A DNA stretch of 64,000 bases from Terriglobia bacterium (GTDB lineage: Bacteria; Acidobacteriota; Terriglobia; 20CM-2-55-15), in NCBI GenBank assembly GCA_965198225.1, contig CBDAOY010000009.1, forward strand, positions 1,056,001 through 1,120,000, given 5' to 3'. The notes under the pieces were generated by a model. That model worked only from the letters and a program-made list of their open reading frames with translations. It had not been told where the DNA came from and did no database searches. A program made the position numbers and the translations under genes. This document shows, in pieces, positions 55,593 through 64,000 of the stretch (the first letter of the stretch is position 1; every line of letters starts with the position of its first letter).

Positions 55593-57206
55593 CTACCGCT
55601 TATCGTTGCTCCCGGGTATATCCGGCCGGGTCGGGTTCACGCATGTGGATGCCCAGCAAGTATCCGAGAATTCCGAGCCGAGCTTCATCAGGAGACCAAC
55701 CGTCTCGGGATACTGGGTCTGATTCATCGACCAACCATTTGCGATGTCCGCTACCGTATCTCCAGTGCCGACATCGCTGACTTCGCCGCCGCCCCGGCTA
55801 CCGATGGTGTTGGCCCTGGCCGTCACGTCGGCGCCCTGTGCGACCAGATAGAGAATTAGGTCGTTTCGGCCAACCAGCGCCGCGCCGTGCAGCGGCGTAT
55901 ATCCTCTGTCGTCTTTGGAATTCACATCGGCGCCGAGCTGTTCCACCAAATACTTGACGGTGGCCATTCGGGCGTCCGGCACCTTGTTGGAGCCTTGATT
56001 CGAATGATGCATTCCGACGGCCACCTGCAAGGGCGTGCTTCCGTGTTGCGTTGGGATGCTTGGATTGGCGCCCGCGGCCAAGAGAATCCGCAGCGCAGCG
56101 ACATCGTGCGCCCGCGCTGCCCGCCAGAACGCCGTCGCGCCGGCCGGGTCCGGACCCCCGCTGTTGCCAAAGCCCCGGAACCACATCTTCTTCTTCAGTC
56201 TGGCATTCGGATCCGCTCCATGAGCCAGCAAGGCCTTCATCAAGTCCATATAGCCGGTCTTCTCTTGTTCCACCACGCCCAGTGGCGGTGGATACCACGT
56301 CCGTTGCGCGTAACGCGCGTCGATGGTGGCGAAGAGAGGTGTCAGTCCACCGTTTGTGGCGAGATTCGGATCGGCGCCGTGTTCGAGCAGGAACATCGCG
56401 ATATCGAAGTATCCCGTGACGATAGCCTGTGTAATCGAGCTCATGCTATCGGACGCGGTGAGCAGGTTGACGTCGGCTCCTGCCGCCACCAGTTCACGCA
56501 CGGCCTCGATCTGGCCGTCGCGCGCGGCAAAGTGCAGCGCACCGTTGCCACCCATCGCGGTGGTCCGCCTGTCACGGTTCCGGCCAGCGTCACGCCTTCT
56601 TCCTAACGGCTGAACCCGAGACACCTTCGATCGCAGGTTCACGTCGGCATCGTGGCGGGCCAACATCCTGATGGCCGGGCCCCGGTCGAGCGCGGCGGCA
56701 AACATCAACGGTGTCTGTCCGTTCGTCGTGTCCTGCGCGTTCACTTCCGCTCCATGATCGAGCAACACTTTCAACGCATTGGTCCTGCCCGCGCCCGCCG
56801 CCAGCATGAGCGGAGTCGTGCCCGTGCCCGTGTTGGTTGCGTTCGCGTCAGCCCCGGCGCCGAGCAGCAACTCGATCATCCCCGCACTTCCGTTCTTGGA
56901 AGCCATGAATAATGGAGTTATCTCGCCCAGGCGGGTCTTCGCCTCCACGTCCGCATCAGCGTCGATCAGCAGTCGGGCCATTTCTAAATCGTCGCGGTAC
57001 GCCGCCCAGTGCAGCGCCGTCATTCCATCCCCTTGCGGCGTGTTCACGTCGGCCTTTTCCTGCAGCAAAGAGCGCACAGCATCCAGATTCCCGCTCATGG
57101 CCGCGTCAGCCAGGGTAGTGTCCGCGGCGGACAACATCACCTGCCCACTCACCACCGTTACAAGCAGCGCCATGGACACGCCGGCAACTAAGCGTTTACG
57201 CAACAT
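55593..57206 (-). CDS. Exported ankyrin-repeat protein, copy 2
   Basis: Signal peptide; QGDGMTALHWAA, TRLGEITPLF and GATAFWRAA shared with copy 1. Confidence 0.9.
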   Translation of the reverse strand: MLRKRLVAGVSMALLVTVVSGQVMLSAADTTLADAAMSGNLDAVRSLLQEKADVNTPQGDGMTALHWAAYRDDLEMARLLIDADADVEAKTRLGEITPLFMASKNGSAGMIELLLGAGADANATNTGTGTTPLMLAAGAGRTNALKVLLDHGAEVNAQDTTNGQTPLMFAAALDRGPAIRMLARHDADVNLRSKVSRVQPLGRRRDAGRNRDRRTTAMGGNGALHFAARDGQIEAVRELVAAGADVNLLTASDSMSSITQAIVTGYFDIAMFLLEHGADPNLATNGGLTPLFATIDARYAQRTWYPPPLGVVEQEKTGYMDLMKALLAHGADPNARLKKKMWFRGFGNSGGPDPAGATAFWRAARAHDVAALRILLAAGANPSIPTQHGSTPLQVAVGMHHSNQGSNKVPDARMATVKYLVEQLGADVNSKDDRGYTPLHGAALVGRNDLILYLVAQGADVTARANTIGSRGGGEVSDVGTGDTVADIANGWSMNQTQYPETVGLLMKLGSEFSDTCWASTCVNPTRPDIPGSNDKR

Positions 57207-57273
57207 TCTCGTCACTTCCTTTCCCTCTCGATACAGTTCCGTGAACCGTCGGAAACACGTCATGGCTCTGTCC

Positions 57274-58644
57274 TCAGATCGCGATCTCTCCGGTGCTGTC
57301 GCCAAGCTCCTCTAGGTGCAATCCGAGCTTCTGCACGACGGCTAACAGGCCATTGGCCTGCGGTGTTTCCTCTGCGCACCTCACGTGCAGATTGCCTTTG
57401 ACCGAACCCGAAGCGTGGCCTGCCAGTAGGAATGGCACCCGCTTGTGGGCATGAACGTTGGAGTTGCCCATGCCGCATCCGTAGAGGACCAGAGAGTGGT
57501 CCAGCAGACTGCCGTCGCCATCCGGCGTGTTCTTCAGCTTGTCCAGGAAATACGAAACCAGACCTACGTGGTACGCGTTGATCGTGGCGAAATCCGTGAT
57601 TTGTGCCGGTCTATCCTGGTGGTGGGACGCCGAGTGGAACGGGTCGGTGTTCGCGCATTCCGGAAAAACCCGATTGCTGGTGTCACGCCCCAGCTTGAGC
57701 GCGGAGACACGGGTGATCTCCGCCGTCAGAGCCAACACCTGGAGGTCGAGCATCAGCCTCACGTGCTCATCCCACGAGTCCGGCACGCCCACCGGGGCTG
57801 CCGGCAACTCCCGTTCGACGCCGCTGGAATTGTATTCCTCGATCTTCTGAATCCGTCGCTCGATCTCGCGAACGTTTTCGAGGTACGTGCTGAGCCTGTT
57901 GCGGTCTCGCGGATTCAAATCGTTCCGAACCCGGGCCACGTCATGCACGATTCCGTCCAGAATGCTGCGGTTGACCTTGCGGCGGATGGCCCGGTCGGTC
58001 TGTGAGCCGCCGGTGCCGAACAGTTCCTCGAAGGCCGCACGCGGGTTCAACGTCATCGGCAGCGGCGTCGTAGGCGACGACCAGCTGATCGTATCCATGT
58101 AGACACAGCTGTAGTTGAACGCACAGGAGCCGGATGCGTCCATGTTCTCAGTGCAGAGCTGGATCGACGGCAGCGGCGTGTCCTGGCCGAACTCGTGCGC
58201 GTAGAGCTGATCGATCGACGTGCCGCAGTAGACATCGGAACCCATGGTCTGCTTCGGGTGAGCAGCGGTCAGGAACACGGCGCTCGAGCGGAAATGGTCG
58301 GCCCCCACCTCTTCCGGTGTAAACGGATCCGCCTGGTGGCAGTCCATCATGCTGATGAGGGTGACGTCCTCGCGAAACGACTCCAGCGGTTTCAAGATCG
58401 GCGTGAACTCAAAATTGGAACCCTCTTGCGCCGGCATCCAGAGGTTCTGCTCTGTGCCCCACTCGGTGCTGCCTGCTGAACCGTGCACGATTTCGATGCA
58501 TGTCAGACGAGAGCGCGGAGTTGCGGCCGTCTGGCGCAAGGGTGTCGCTGCCGGCACCATCGATTCAAGGAAAGGCAGCGCGACGACTGCTCCCATGCCC
58601 CGCAGCGCTGTGCGTCTGGACATATGCTTTTTTGTGACAAACAT
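57274..58644 (-). CDS. DUF1552 (HxxSHH) protein, copy 2
   Basis: SRRTALRG, FHSASHH, DGSLLDHS; GAGGAG RBS. Confidence 0.88.
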   Translation of the reverse strand: MFVTKKHMSRRTALRGMGAVVALPFLESMVPAATPLRQTAATPRSRLTCIEIVHGSAGSTEWGTEQNLWMPAQEGSNFEFTPILKPLESFREDVTLISMMDCHQADPFTPEEVGADHFRSSAVFLTAAHPKQTMGSDVYCGTSIDQLYAHEFGQDTPLPSIQLCTENMDASGSCAFNYSCVYMDTISWSSPTTPLPMTLNPRAAFEELFGTGGSQTDRAIRRKVNRSILDGIVHDVARVRNDLNPRDRNRLSTYLENVREIERRIQKIEEYNSSGVERELPAAPVGVPDSWDEHVRLMLDLQVLALTAEITRVSALKLGRDTSNRVFPECANTDPFHSASHHQDRPAQITDFATINAYHVGLVSYFLDKLKNTPDGDGSLLDHSLVLYGCGMGNSNVHAHKRVPFLLAGHASGSVKGNLHVRCAEETPQANGLLAVVQKLGLHLEELGDSTGEIAI

Positions 58645-58725
58645 ACTCTTGACTCCTCAGTAACCGGTAAGGTCAATCAGTCTGAGTTCACTCGATACCG
58701 GATAGTTCCAAATCACATCCTGTCT

Positions 58726-61095
58726 CTATTGCGAAGCCTCTTGATTCCTCGTCATCTGGAACGCGGGATTGCTCACCGTGGCCAGAATGAACGAGGAGAG
58801 ACGGTTGTCGTCGGCTGCCGCAGCCTGCTGGATCGAGCGGACCGTGGGCATATCCTTATGATCCAGGACGCGACCCAGCGCATACGCCAGCAGGTTCTCG
58901 GTGAAGCTGCCGAGGAAGGCCTCGGAACGATCCAAGACCGCCTGCCGCACGCTGACTGGCCCGTTCAGCCTGGTCCCATCGTACATCGTGCCGGACGGGT
59001 CAATGCCGGAGCCACTGTCGTTGATGCGCCATGCTCCGGTTGCATCAAAGTTCTCCAGCGCCAGCCCGATGGGGTCCATGAGCTGGTGACAGGAGGAGCA
59101 GGCGGGACTTGCGCGGTGCTGCTCCATGCGCTCGCGCACCGATAGAACCTTTTCGTTGTCGACAGCTTCGGCGAGGGGCGGCACAGATGGAAGTGGGGGC
59201 GGCGGAGGCGAGCCGATCAAGACCTCCAATACGTACTTCCCACGCGCTACTGGTGAGGTTCTATTCGCCAGCGACGTCATCGTCAGCACGCCTGCCTTTC
59301 CCAGCAAACCAAACCGGTTTGGGTCGCTCAACTCCACTCGCTGGAATCGGTTTCCCAGGACGTTCGGGATCCCGTAGTGTTTCGCCAGAACCTCATCGAC
59401 AAACGTATGGTCCGCCGTCAGCAAGTCCAGCAGGCTCCGGTCCTCGCGCATGATGCTCTCGAACAGGAGCTCGAGTTCGCGCCGCATCGATTCTGCGAGA
59501 TTCTGGGTGTAGTTGGGAAACAAGCCGGATTCGGGTAGCGCCTCGGCGATACCCCGCAAACGCAGCCACTGCCCGCCGAAGCTCGTCGCCAGCGCCTCCG
59601 AGCGAGGGTCTGCCAACATGCGCCTGGCTTGTTGTTCCAGCACCGACGGATCCCTAAGTTTTCCCTGGCTGGCCACGCTGATCAGCTCGTCGTCGGGGAT
59701 GCTGCTCCACAGGAAGTACGACAGGCGAGAAGCCAGCTCCAGGTCGCTGACGGGGAAGCTTTGACCGAGCGCAACTGGGCCCGGCACTCGCTCGAATCGG
59801 AACACGAAATCCGGCTTCGTGAGGATTGCCTGCAGGGCCGTTCGGATTCCCACCTCGAAGTCCCCATCCTCCCGGCCGACTTCGTACTGCACCATCAACC
59901 CCTCGAGATCCTCCGCGGTCACCGGTCTGCGAAAAGCCTGCCTTGCGAGCCTCGAGATGACATCCATCGCGCATGGCTCTTCCTCGGTGGCGTCCGTCGG
60001 ATAGCAGGTGAATATCCTTCGCCGGCTGGGCGTCTCCGTCACTCCCGTTGCGTCCACGGGGCCGGTAATGAAAACGCTCTGCAGGTGGGGCAGCGCCGTT
60101 ATTCCCGCGTGGTTGGCGATACTGATATCCATCAAAGTATGCTCGACGAGCCAGTACTGGTCCTCGACCACCCCGTCGAACTTCGAAACGAACGCCGCCG
60201 CAACCCTGCGTGGACCGGCTTTTATCTTGATGGGCGGTGTGAACAGGGCGCCCGAGGGTTCCTCGAGCTGTGGATCAATCTTAAATACGGCGACCCTCTC
60301 TCCGTCCACCGAAACCTCGAGTTCCTGACCCTGGAGCGAGTCGGGCAGTCTCGAGCCGATGAGCTGTCCGGTGTAGTAGAAATAGAGTTCCAGCTTGAAG
60401 GTGTAGTCGCCGTCGGCCGGGAAGTTGTGGACAACTGACATCCCGCCGCGCGTCCCGAAGGGCGTCCCCTCAACGTGACGCATCTGGTTGACGACCTTTG
60501 GCACATCGTAAGACACCATGACAGGCTGTGCCTGGGGATCGCCGACGGCGATGCGGCTGATCTTTTCGGCCGCCCGAATGTATCCCTGCATCAGCGCCGG
60601 AGTGACGGTTAGAGCGTCCGCCATATTGTCGAAACCACCGGTACTGGAGTCGCGCGGCAGAAGCGACGTCACATCCGCGTCGACACCGAGCAGATCGCGG
60701 ATCGAGTTGCGGTACTCGGTCCGGTTTATCCGATGCAGTTCCGGCGCGTTGACATGCAGCTGCAAGGCAGCGGCCTGATCGATCCGTGTTTCGAGCGCCG
60801 AGGCCAAGGCTTTCAGTGTGGCCGCATCGGGCCGGGGTTGGCCTGCCGGTGGCATCATGCCGGATCGCACTTTGCGTATCACCTTTTCGGCCTGTTCCGC
60901 GTTCTGATGAGGATCGGCGACGTCCAGAGTGGTCCACGAAAAACCGCCCGACGGTTCGAGGTCGTTGTGACAACCGACACAGTACTCTTCGACCAGCGTA
61001 CGCTGCGATTCGGCGGACGGCAAGGGGCCGCCAGTCTGTCCGAGAATGGTCACGGCCGACACTACCAGGCCACCAAGAACTAATGTGCCTTTCAT
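58726..61095 (-). CDS. DUF1592/DUF1588-type diheme protein, copy 2
   Basis: CVGCH..GMMPP, ELASRLSYFLW, RTSPVARGK, CSSCH..DPIGLALENFD; start at MKGTLV after GGAGAGG. Confidence 0.88.
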   Translation of the reverse strand: MKGTLVLGGLVVSAVTILGQTGGPLPSAESQRTLVEEYCVGCHNDLEPSGGFSWTTLDVADPHQNAEQAEKVIRKVRSGMMPPAGQPRPDAATLKALASALETRIDQAAALQLHVNAPELHRINRTEYRNSIRDLLGVDADVTSLLPRDSSTGGFDNMADALTVTPALMQGYIRAAEKISRIAVGDPQAQPVMVSYDVPKVVNQMRHVEGTPFGTRGGMSVVHNFPADGDYTFKLELYFYYTGQLIGSRLPDSLQGQELEVSVDGERVAVFKIDPQLEEPSGALFTPPIKIKAGPRRVAAAFVSKFDGVVEDQYWLVEHTLMDISIANHAGITALPHLQSVFITGPVDATGVTETPSRRRIFTCYPTDATEEEPCAMDVISRLARQAFRRPVTAEDLEGLMVQYEVGREDGDFEVGIRTALQAILTKPDFVFRFERVPGPVALGQSFPVSDLELASRLSYFLWSSIPDDELISVASQGKLRDPSVLEQQARRMLADPRSEALATSFGGQWLRLRGIAEALPESGLFPNYTQNLAESMRRELELLFESIMREDRSLLDLLTADHTFVDEVLAKHYGIPNVLGNRFQRVELSDPNRFGLLGKAGVLTMTSLANRTSPVARGKYVLEVLIGSPPPPPLPSVPPLAEAVDNEKVLSVRERMEQHRASPACSSCHQLMDPIGLALENFDATGAWRINDSGSGIDPSGTMYDGTRLNGPVSVRQAVLDRSEAFLGSFTENLLAYALGRVLDHKDMPTVRSIQQAAAADDNRLSSFILATVSNPAFQMTRNQEASQ

Positions 61096-61395
61096 CAAGC
61101 CACCTCTCCCCGCTTGGCGAGTCACGGGGACACAACTCAACCTCACAAACAGGCAGCCAACTCGGTATCTTGTAGAGTTGTCTGCGCAACCGGTCCTGCA
61201 CACTCCATGCGCGCCTGACCGGGATGCCAGCGACCACAAGGTGCTTTGGTGCAACTGCTTGTTGAAATAACTACTTGTCGCAATATAGGTGGACCGGAAC
61301 CAGACGTCAACTTTTTAAAGGGTGCCCTGAGTTGACACTACCCCTGCAGTCTGCGATAAGCTGCCCATATCTTCAGCCTGAATAAGGAGGCCACA

Positions 61396-62577
61396 GTGGC
61401 TGTCACCTCCGAGACCCGCATCGGCTCGCGACCCGACGTAATCGAAACTTCCAAACCGGCCAGACACGGCGTTCAACACCACATTCCCGTGATCGGGGAT
61501 ATCCACGACAAGAGCCCCCTGGCGTATCGCACGACCCGTGGGGCCGTCCACGTGACGAATCTGGTCCAAATGGCTTTTGCGGAAGCCTACGTCCATGGAC
61601 TGGAGCTTCCCGACCCCGTGATGCGAGGAATTTTCAAGACGGTCATGCCGATCATCTTTAAACATTTCCCCGCACTCCTGACCCCCTACGAATGGGTATT
61701 AGGAGAAACGCCACACATGGCTGAAGGCTCTAGGGATTTGATGAAGACCCAGTACGACCTGCCACAGGGCATGTTGAATCGGATGCTGGGCGACTGGAAA
61801 CTGATCTACCCTAAATACAGCATGGGATTGTGGGAGCGGGGAGCTGCCGATCTCGAGCAATCCCAGATGCACATGATCGACGACATAATTGAAAAGCTCG
61901 GGATCGAGGATGGCGACAATATCCTGGATTTTGGCTGTGGCTGGGGTTGTGTGCCGAACTACATTCTGTCCAAGTTTCCCAATTGCAGGTTTACCGGACT
62001 GAACCTGAGCCATGAGCAATGCGAGTATATGCGCCGGCAGATGCAGAATCCGGAAAGCTATCTCAGCTCGGGTCGGTTTACTCTTGTGGAACAGGATCTC
62101 AACGAGGCGCAGTTCGAAAAAAAGTTCGACAAGATCCTATCGGTAGGTGTTTTTTGCCATGTGGGGAACCTCACCAGGTCTTTCGCAAAACTTGCTTCTA
62201 TCCTGAAACCAGGCGGAAAGTTTTTCCTCCACATCATCACCGTTCGCACTCCCAACAACATCTCCAGCGTTTACACCCACAAATACATTTTCCCGCACGG
62301 CCGTTTCTGGCGCTTCGATTCGATTCAGACCTACAACAAGGATCTCAGGCCAGTGGAACGATGGTACATGAACGGCATGAACTATCACAAAACGATGACA
62401 CGCTGGCTGGAAAACTTTGACGATAGCTATCCCGATGTCAAAGATCTCGATTACGGCATTGAGTTCGCCAAATTCCGCCGCATCTGGCGGTTTTACCTGA
62501 TCTGGTTGGCGACCAACTTTGCAAGCTGTGATGGAGAGATAAACGGCAACGGGCAGTGGCTGATGGTTCACTCTTGA
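61396..62577 (+). CDS. Class I SAM-dependent methyltransferase, CFA-synthase/mycolic-acid-methyltransferase family
   Basis: AGGAGG RBS; QYDL, KYS, ILDFGCGWG, NLSHEQ, KYIFP and RIWRFYL motifs. Confidence 0.88.
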   Translation: MAVTSETRIGSRPDVIETSKPARHGVQHHIPVIGDIHDKSPLAYRTTRGAVHVTNLVQMAFAEAYVHGLELPDPVMRGIFKTVMPIIFKHFPALLTPYEWVLGETPHMAEGSRDLMKTQYDLPQGMLNRMLGDWKLIYPKYSMGLWERGAADLEQSQMHMIDDIIEKLGIEDGDNILDFGCGWGCVPNYILSKFPNCRFTGLNLSHEQCEYMRRQMQNPESYLSSGRFTLVEQDLNEAQFEKKFDKILSVGVFCHVGNLTRSFAKLASILKPGGKFFLHIITVRTPNNISSVYTHKYIFPHGRFWRFDSIQTYNKDLRPVERWYMNGMNYHKTMTRWLENFDDSYPDVKDLDYGIEFAKFRRIWRFYLIWLATNFASCDGEINGNGQWLMVHS

Positions 62578-62614
62578 TCGCGCGCGGCTAAGCCGTTTCC
62601 AGTCGGGCCTTTGT

Positions 62615-63466
62615 ATGACTCCAGTTGGGCGATTTAATTTCCGGACAATTGTTGCCTTCGCGCCGCTGCATGCCGGCTGCCTGCTCTTGTTGTGGACGCC
62701 GTTCCAGTGGTCATACCTGGGCTGGCTCGTCGTCACCTACTACATTCGAATGTTCGGGGTCACGGCCGGCTATCATCGTTACTTCAGCCACCGTTCCTTC
62801 AAGCTCGATCGCTTTTCACAGTTTCTTCTGGCCTTTCTCGCCCAGACCAGCGCGCAAATGGGCGTGTTGTGGTGGTCGGCACATCATCGAACGCACCATC
62901 GCTACTCCGAGACCGACAAAGATCCTCATTCACCGGTACAGAAGAGCCTTTGGTGGTCGCACATGGGCTGGCTTCTGGACGGTGGGTCCCGTGAATGTGA
63001 CAGCCGCCTCATGCAGGACTTTGAAAAGTTCCCTGAACTCCGGCTACTGGAGAAATATCATAGGGTTCCAGCTATTCTGTTTGGTGCTGCGGTGTATGCG
63101 GTGGGAGGCTTTCCCGCTTTCGTCTGGGGATTCGTCGTGTCGACTGTGGTGCTCTGGCACGGGACGTTTACAATCAACTCCCTCGCGCATGTCTGGGGAT
63201 CCCGGCCCTTCGAGACGGACGACCAGAGTCGGAACAATTTCCTGCTCGCCCTGATCACACTCGGAGAAGGCTGGCACAACAACCACCACCAGTTCATGTA
63301 TAGCGTCCGGCAGGGTTTGCGATGGTGGGAGATTGACATCTCGTACTACGTCCTGAGGATCCTGAGCCTGATCGGGATTGTTCGGGAATTGCGCACGCCA
63401 AATCCTTCCGAAGTCTTCAAGTTCCGGACGTCAGGGTTGGATCCCGAGACTCGAACGGCTCTGTAG
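62615..63466 (+). CDS. Membrane fatty-acid desaturase (delta-9 acyl-CoA/acyl-lipid type)
   Basis: Three His boxes: HRYFSH, HRTHH, GEGWHNNHH. Confidence 0.93.
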   Translation: MTPVGRFNFRTIVAFAPLHAGCLLLLWTPFQWSYLGWLVVTYYIRMFGVTAGYHRYFSHRSFKLDRFSQFLLAFLAQTSAQMGVLWWSAHHRTHHRYSETDKDPHSPVQKSLWWSHMGWLLDGGSRECDSRLMQDFEKFPELRLLEKYHRVPAILFGAAVYAVGGFPAFVWGFVVSTVVLWHGTFTINSLAHVWGSRPFETDDQSRNNFLLALITLGEGWHNNHHQFMYSVRQGLRWWEIDISYYVLRILSLIGIVRELRTPNPSEVFKFRTSGLDPETRTAL

Positions 63467-63471
63467 GTATT

Positions 63472-63765
63472 CTACTGCGCCCTTGGGAGGAAGATTGGAG
63501 TGCATTCAAGAATCAGCTCATTCCGACGTGGCGGACACTCGCTGCGCGGCAGAACCTCGAAGACGAAGCCCTCCGGGGACTTCTCAGGAAAGTACCGATC
63601 ATTTTGTTTCACGCAATCGATCAGGCTGGATTTGAGGTCGGTGGCCTCGTTAATGTAGATCCAACCCTCAGAGTTGAACAACCCATACACGCCGGGCCGC
63701 ATCGGCGCATTCTTGGCAATCGTCGATAAGTTGAATGGATAACCCGCTGGATTTTGCCAGGGCAC
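63472..63765 (-). CDS. Small GIY-YIG-like protein with degenerate active site
   Basis: GGAGG RBS and GTG start; PGVYGL..WIYINEA..RNELI pattern resembles the UvrC N-terminal domain. Confidence 0.65.
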   Translation of the reverse strand: MPWQNPAGYPFNLSTIAKNAPMRPGVYGLFNSEGWIYINEATDLKSSLIDCVKQNDRYFPEKSPEGFVFEVLPRSECPPRRNELILECTPIFLPRAQ

Positions 63766-64000
63766 AGTACCTCCCGAAGAATTTGTCGCATTTCGACCTG
63801 CCTGTCTCCAATGCCGGCCACACCGTCCTTGCGGCGCTCTTGGGCCCGGCCGACGGAAGCCAAAGGTTTTGATAACCGCCGACCAGGCTGGGCTGCGCTA
63901 GCGCTGCATCCGCAGAGAGTGTACTGGGCCCATGGGAATAGTGAAAGACATACTCAGAGAGTAGGGAATTCCAGAAAAAGGAGCCGATGGAGGCTCAAAC

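Noticed and set aside
61332-61362. TTGACA promoter upstream of the methyltransferase
   Set aside because: Best -10 (TAAGCT) needs a 19-bp spacer; plausible but too weak to call
63975-64000. GGAGCCGATGGAGG as a tRNA 3' end (minus strand) or fluoride riboswitch start
   Set aside because: No T-loop complement (TCGAACC) or riboswitch consensus follows; better read as a GAGCC/GGCTC hairpin with an A-tract, and it is truncated by the window edge

Overview
A GC-rich (about 64% by eye), gene-dense bacterial chromosomal window. The gene content suggests Acidobacteriota (inference): carboxypeptidase-regulatory-domain TonB receptors, WPxWRGP beta-propellers, an 'acido-empty'-type quinoprotein and DUF1592/DUF1552 operons. 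I found no rRNA, tRNA, CRISPR array, transposase or integrase. It holds about 38 CDSs, mostly cell-envelope functions: four TonB-dependent receptors, many exported amide/peptide hydrolases, five c-type cytochrome-motif proteins (8 CxxCH), a quinoprotein with a diheme partner, and transporters. There is also a toxin-first type II TA pair and a lower-GC methyltransferase/desaturase/GIY-YIG-like end. Best candidates for undescribed biology: (1) two convergent copies of a diheme DUF1592 + twin-Arg HxxSHH (DUF1552) + exported ankyrin operon around a cytochrome c gene; (2) a 277-bp nested-palindrome MITE whose end supplies the TG of an extended -10 promoter for an apparently leaderless gene; (3) a heme c / lectin-like fusion between paralogous TonB receptors that share a 3' RNA hairpin; (4) a covarying GTAG REP/REPIN family and heptamer arrays. 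All family assignments come from motif recognition by eye; no searches were run.
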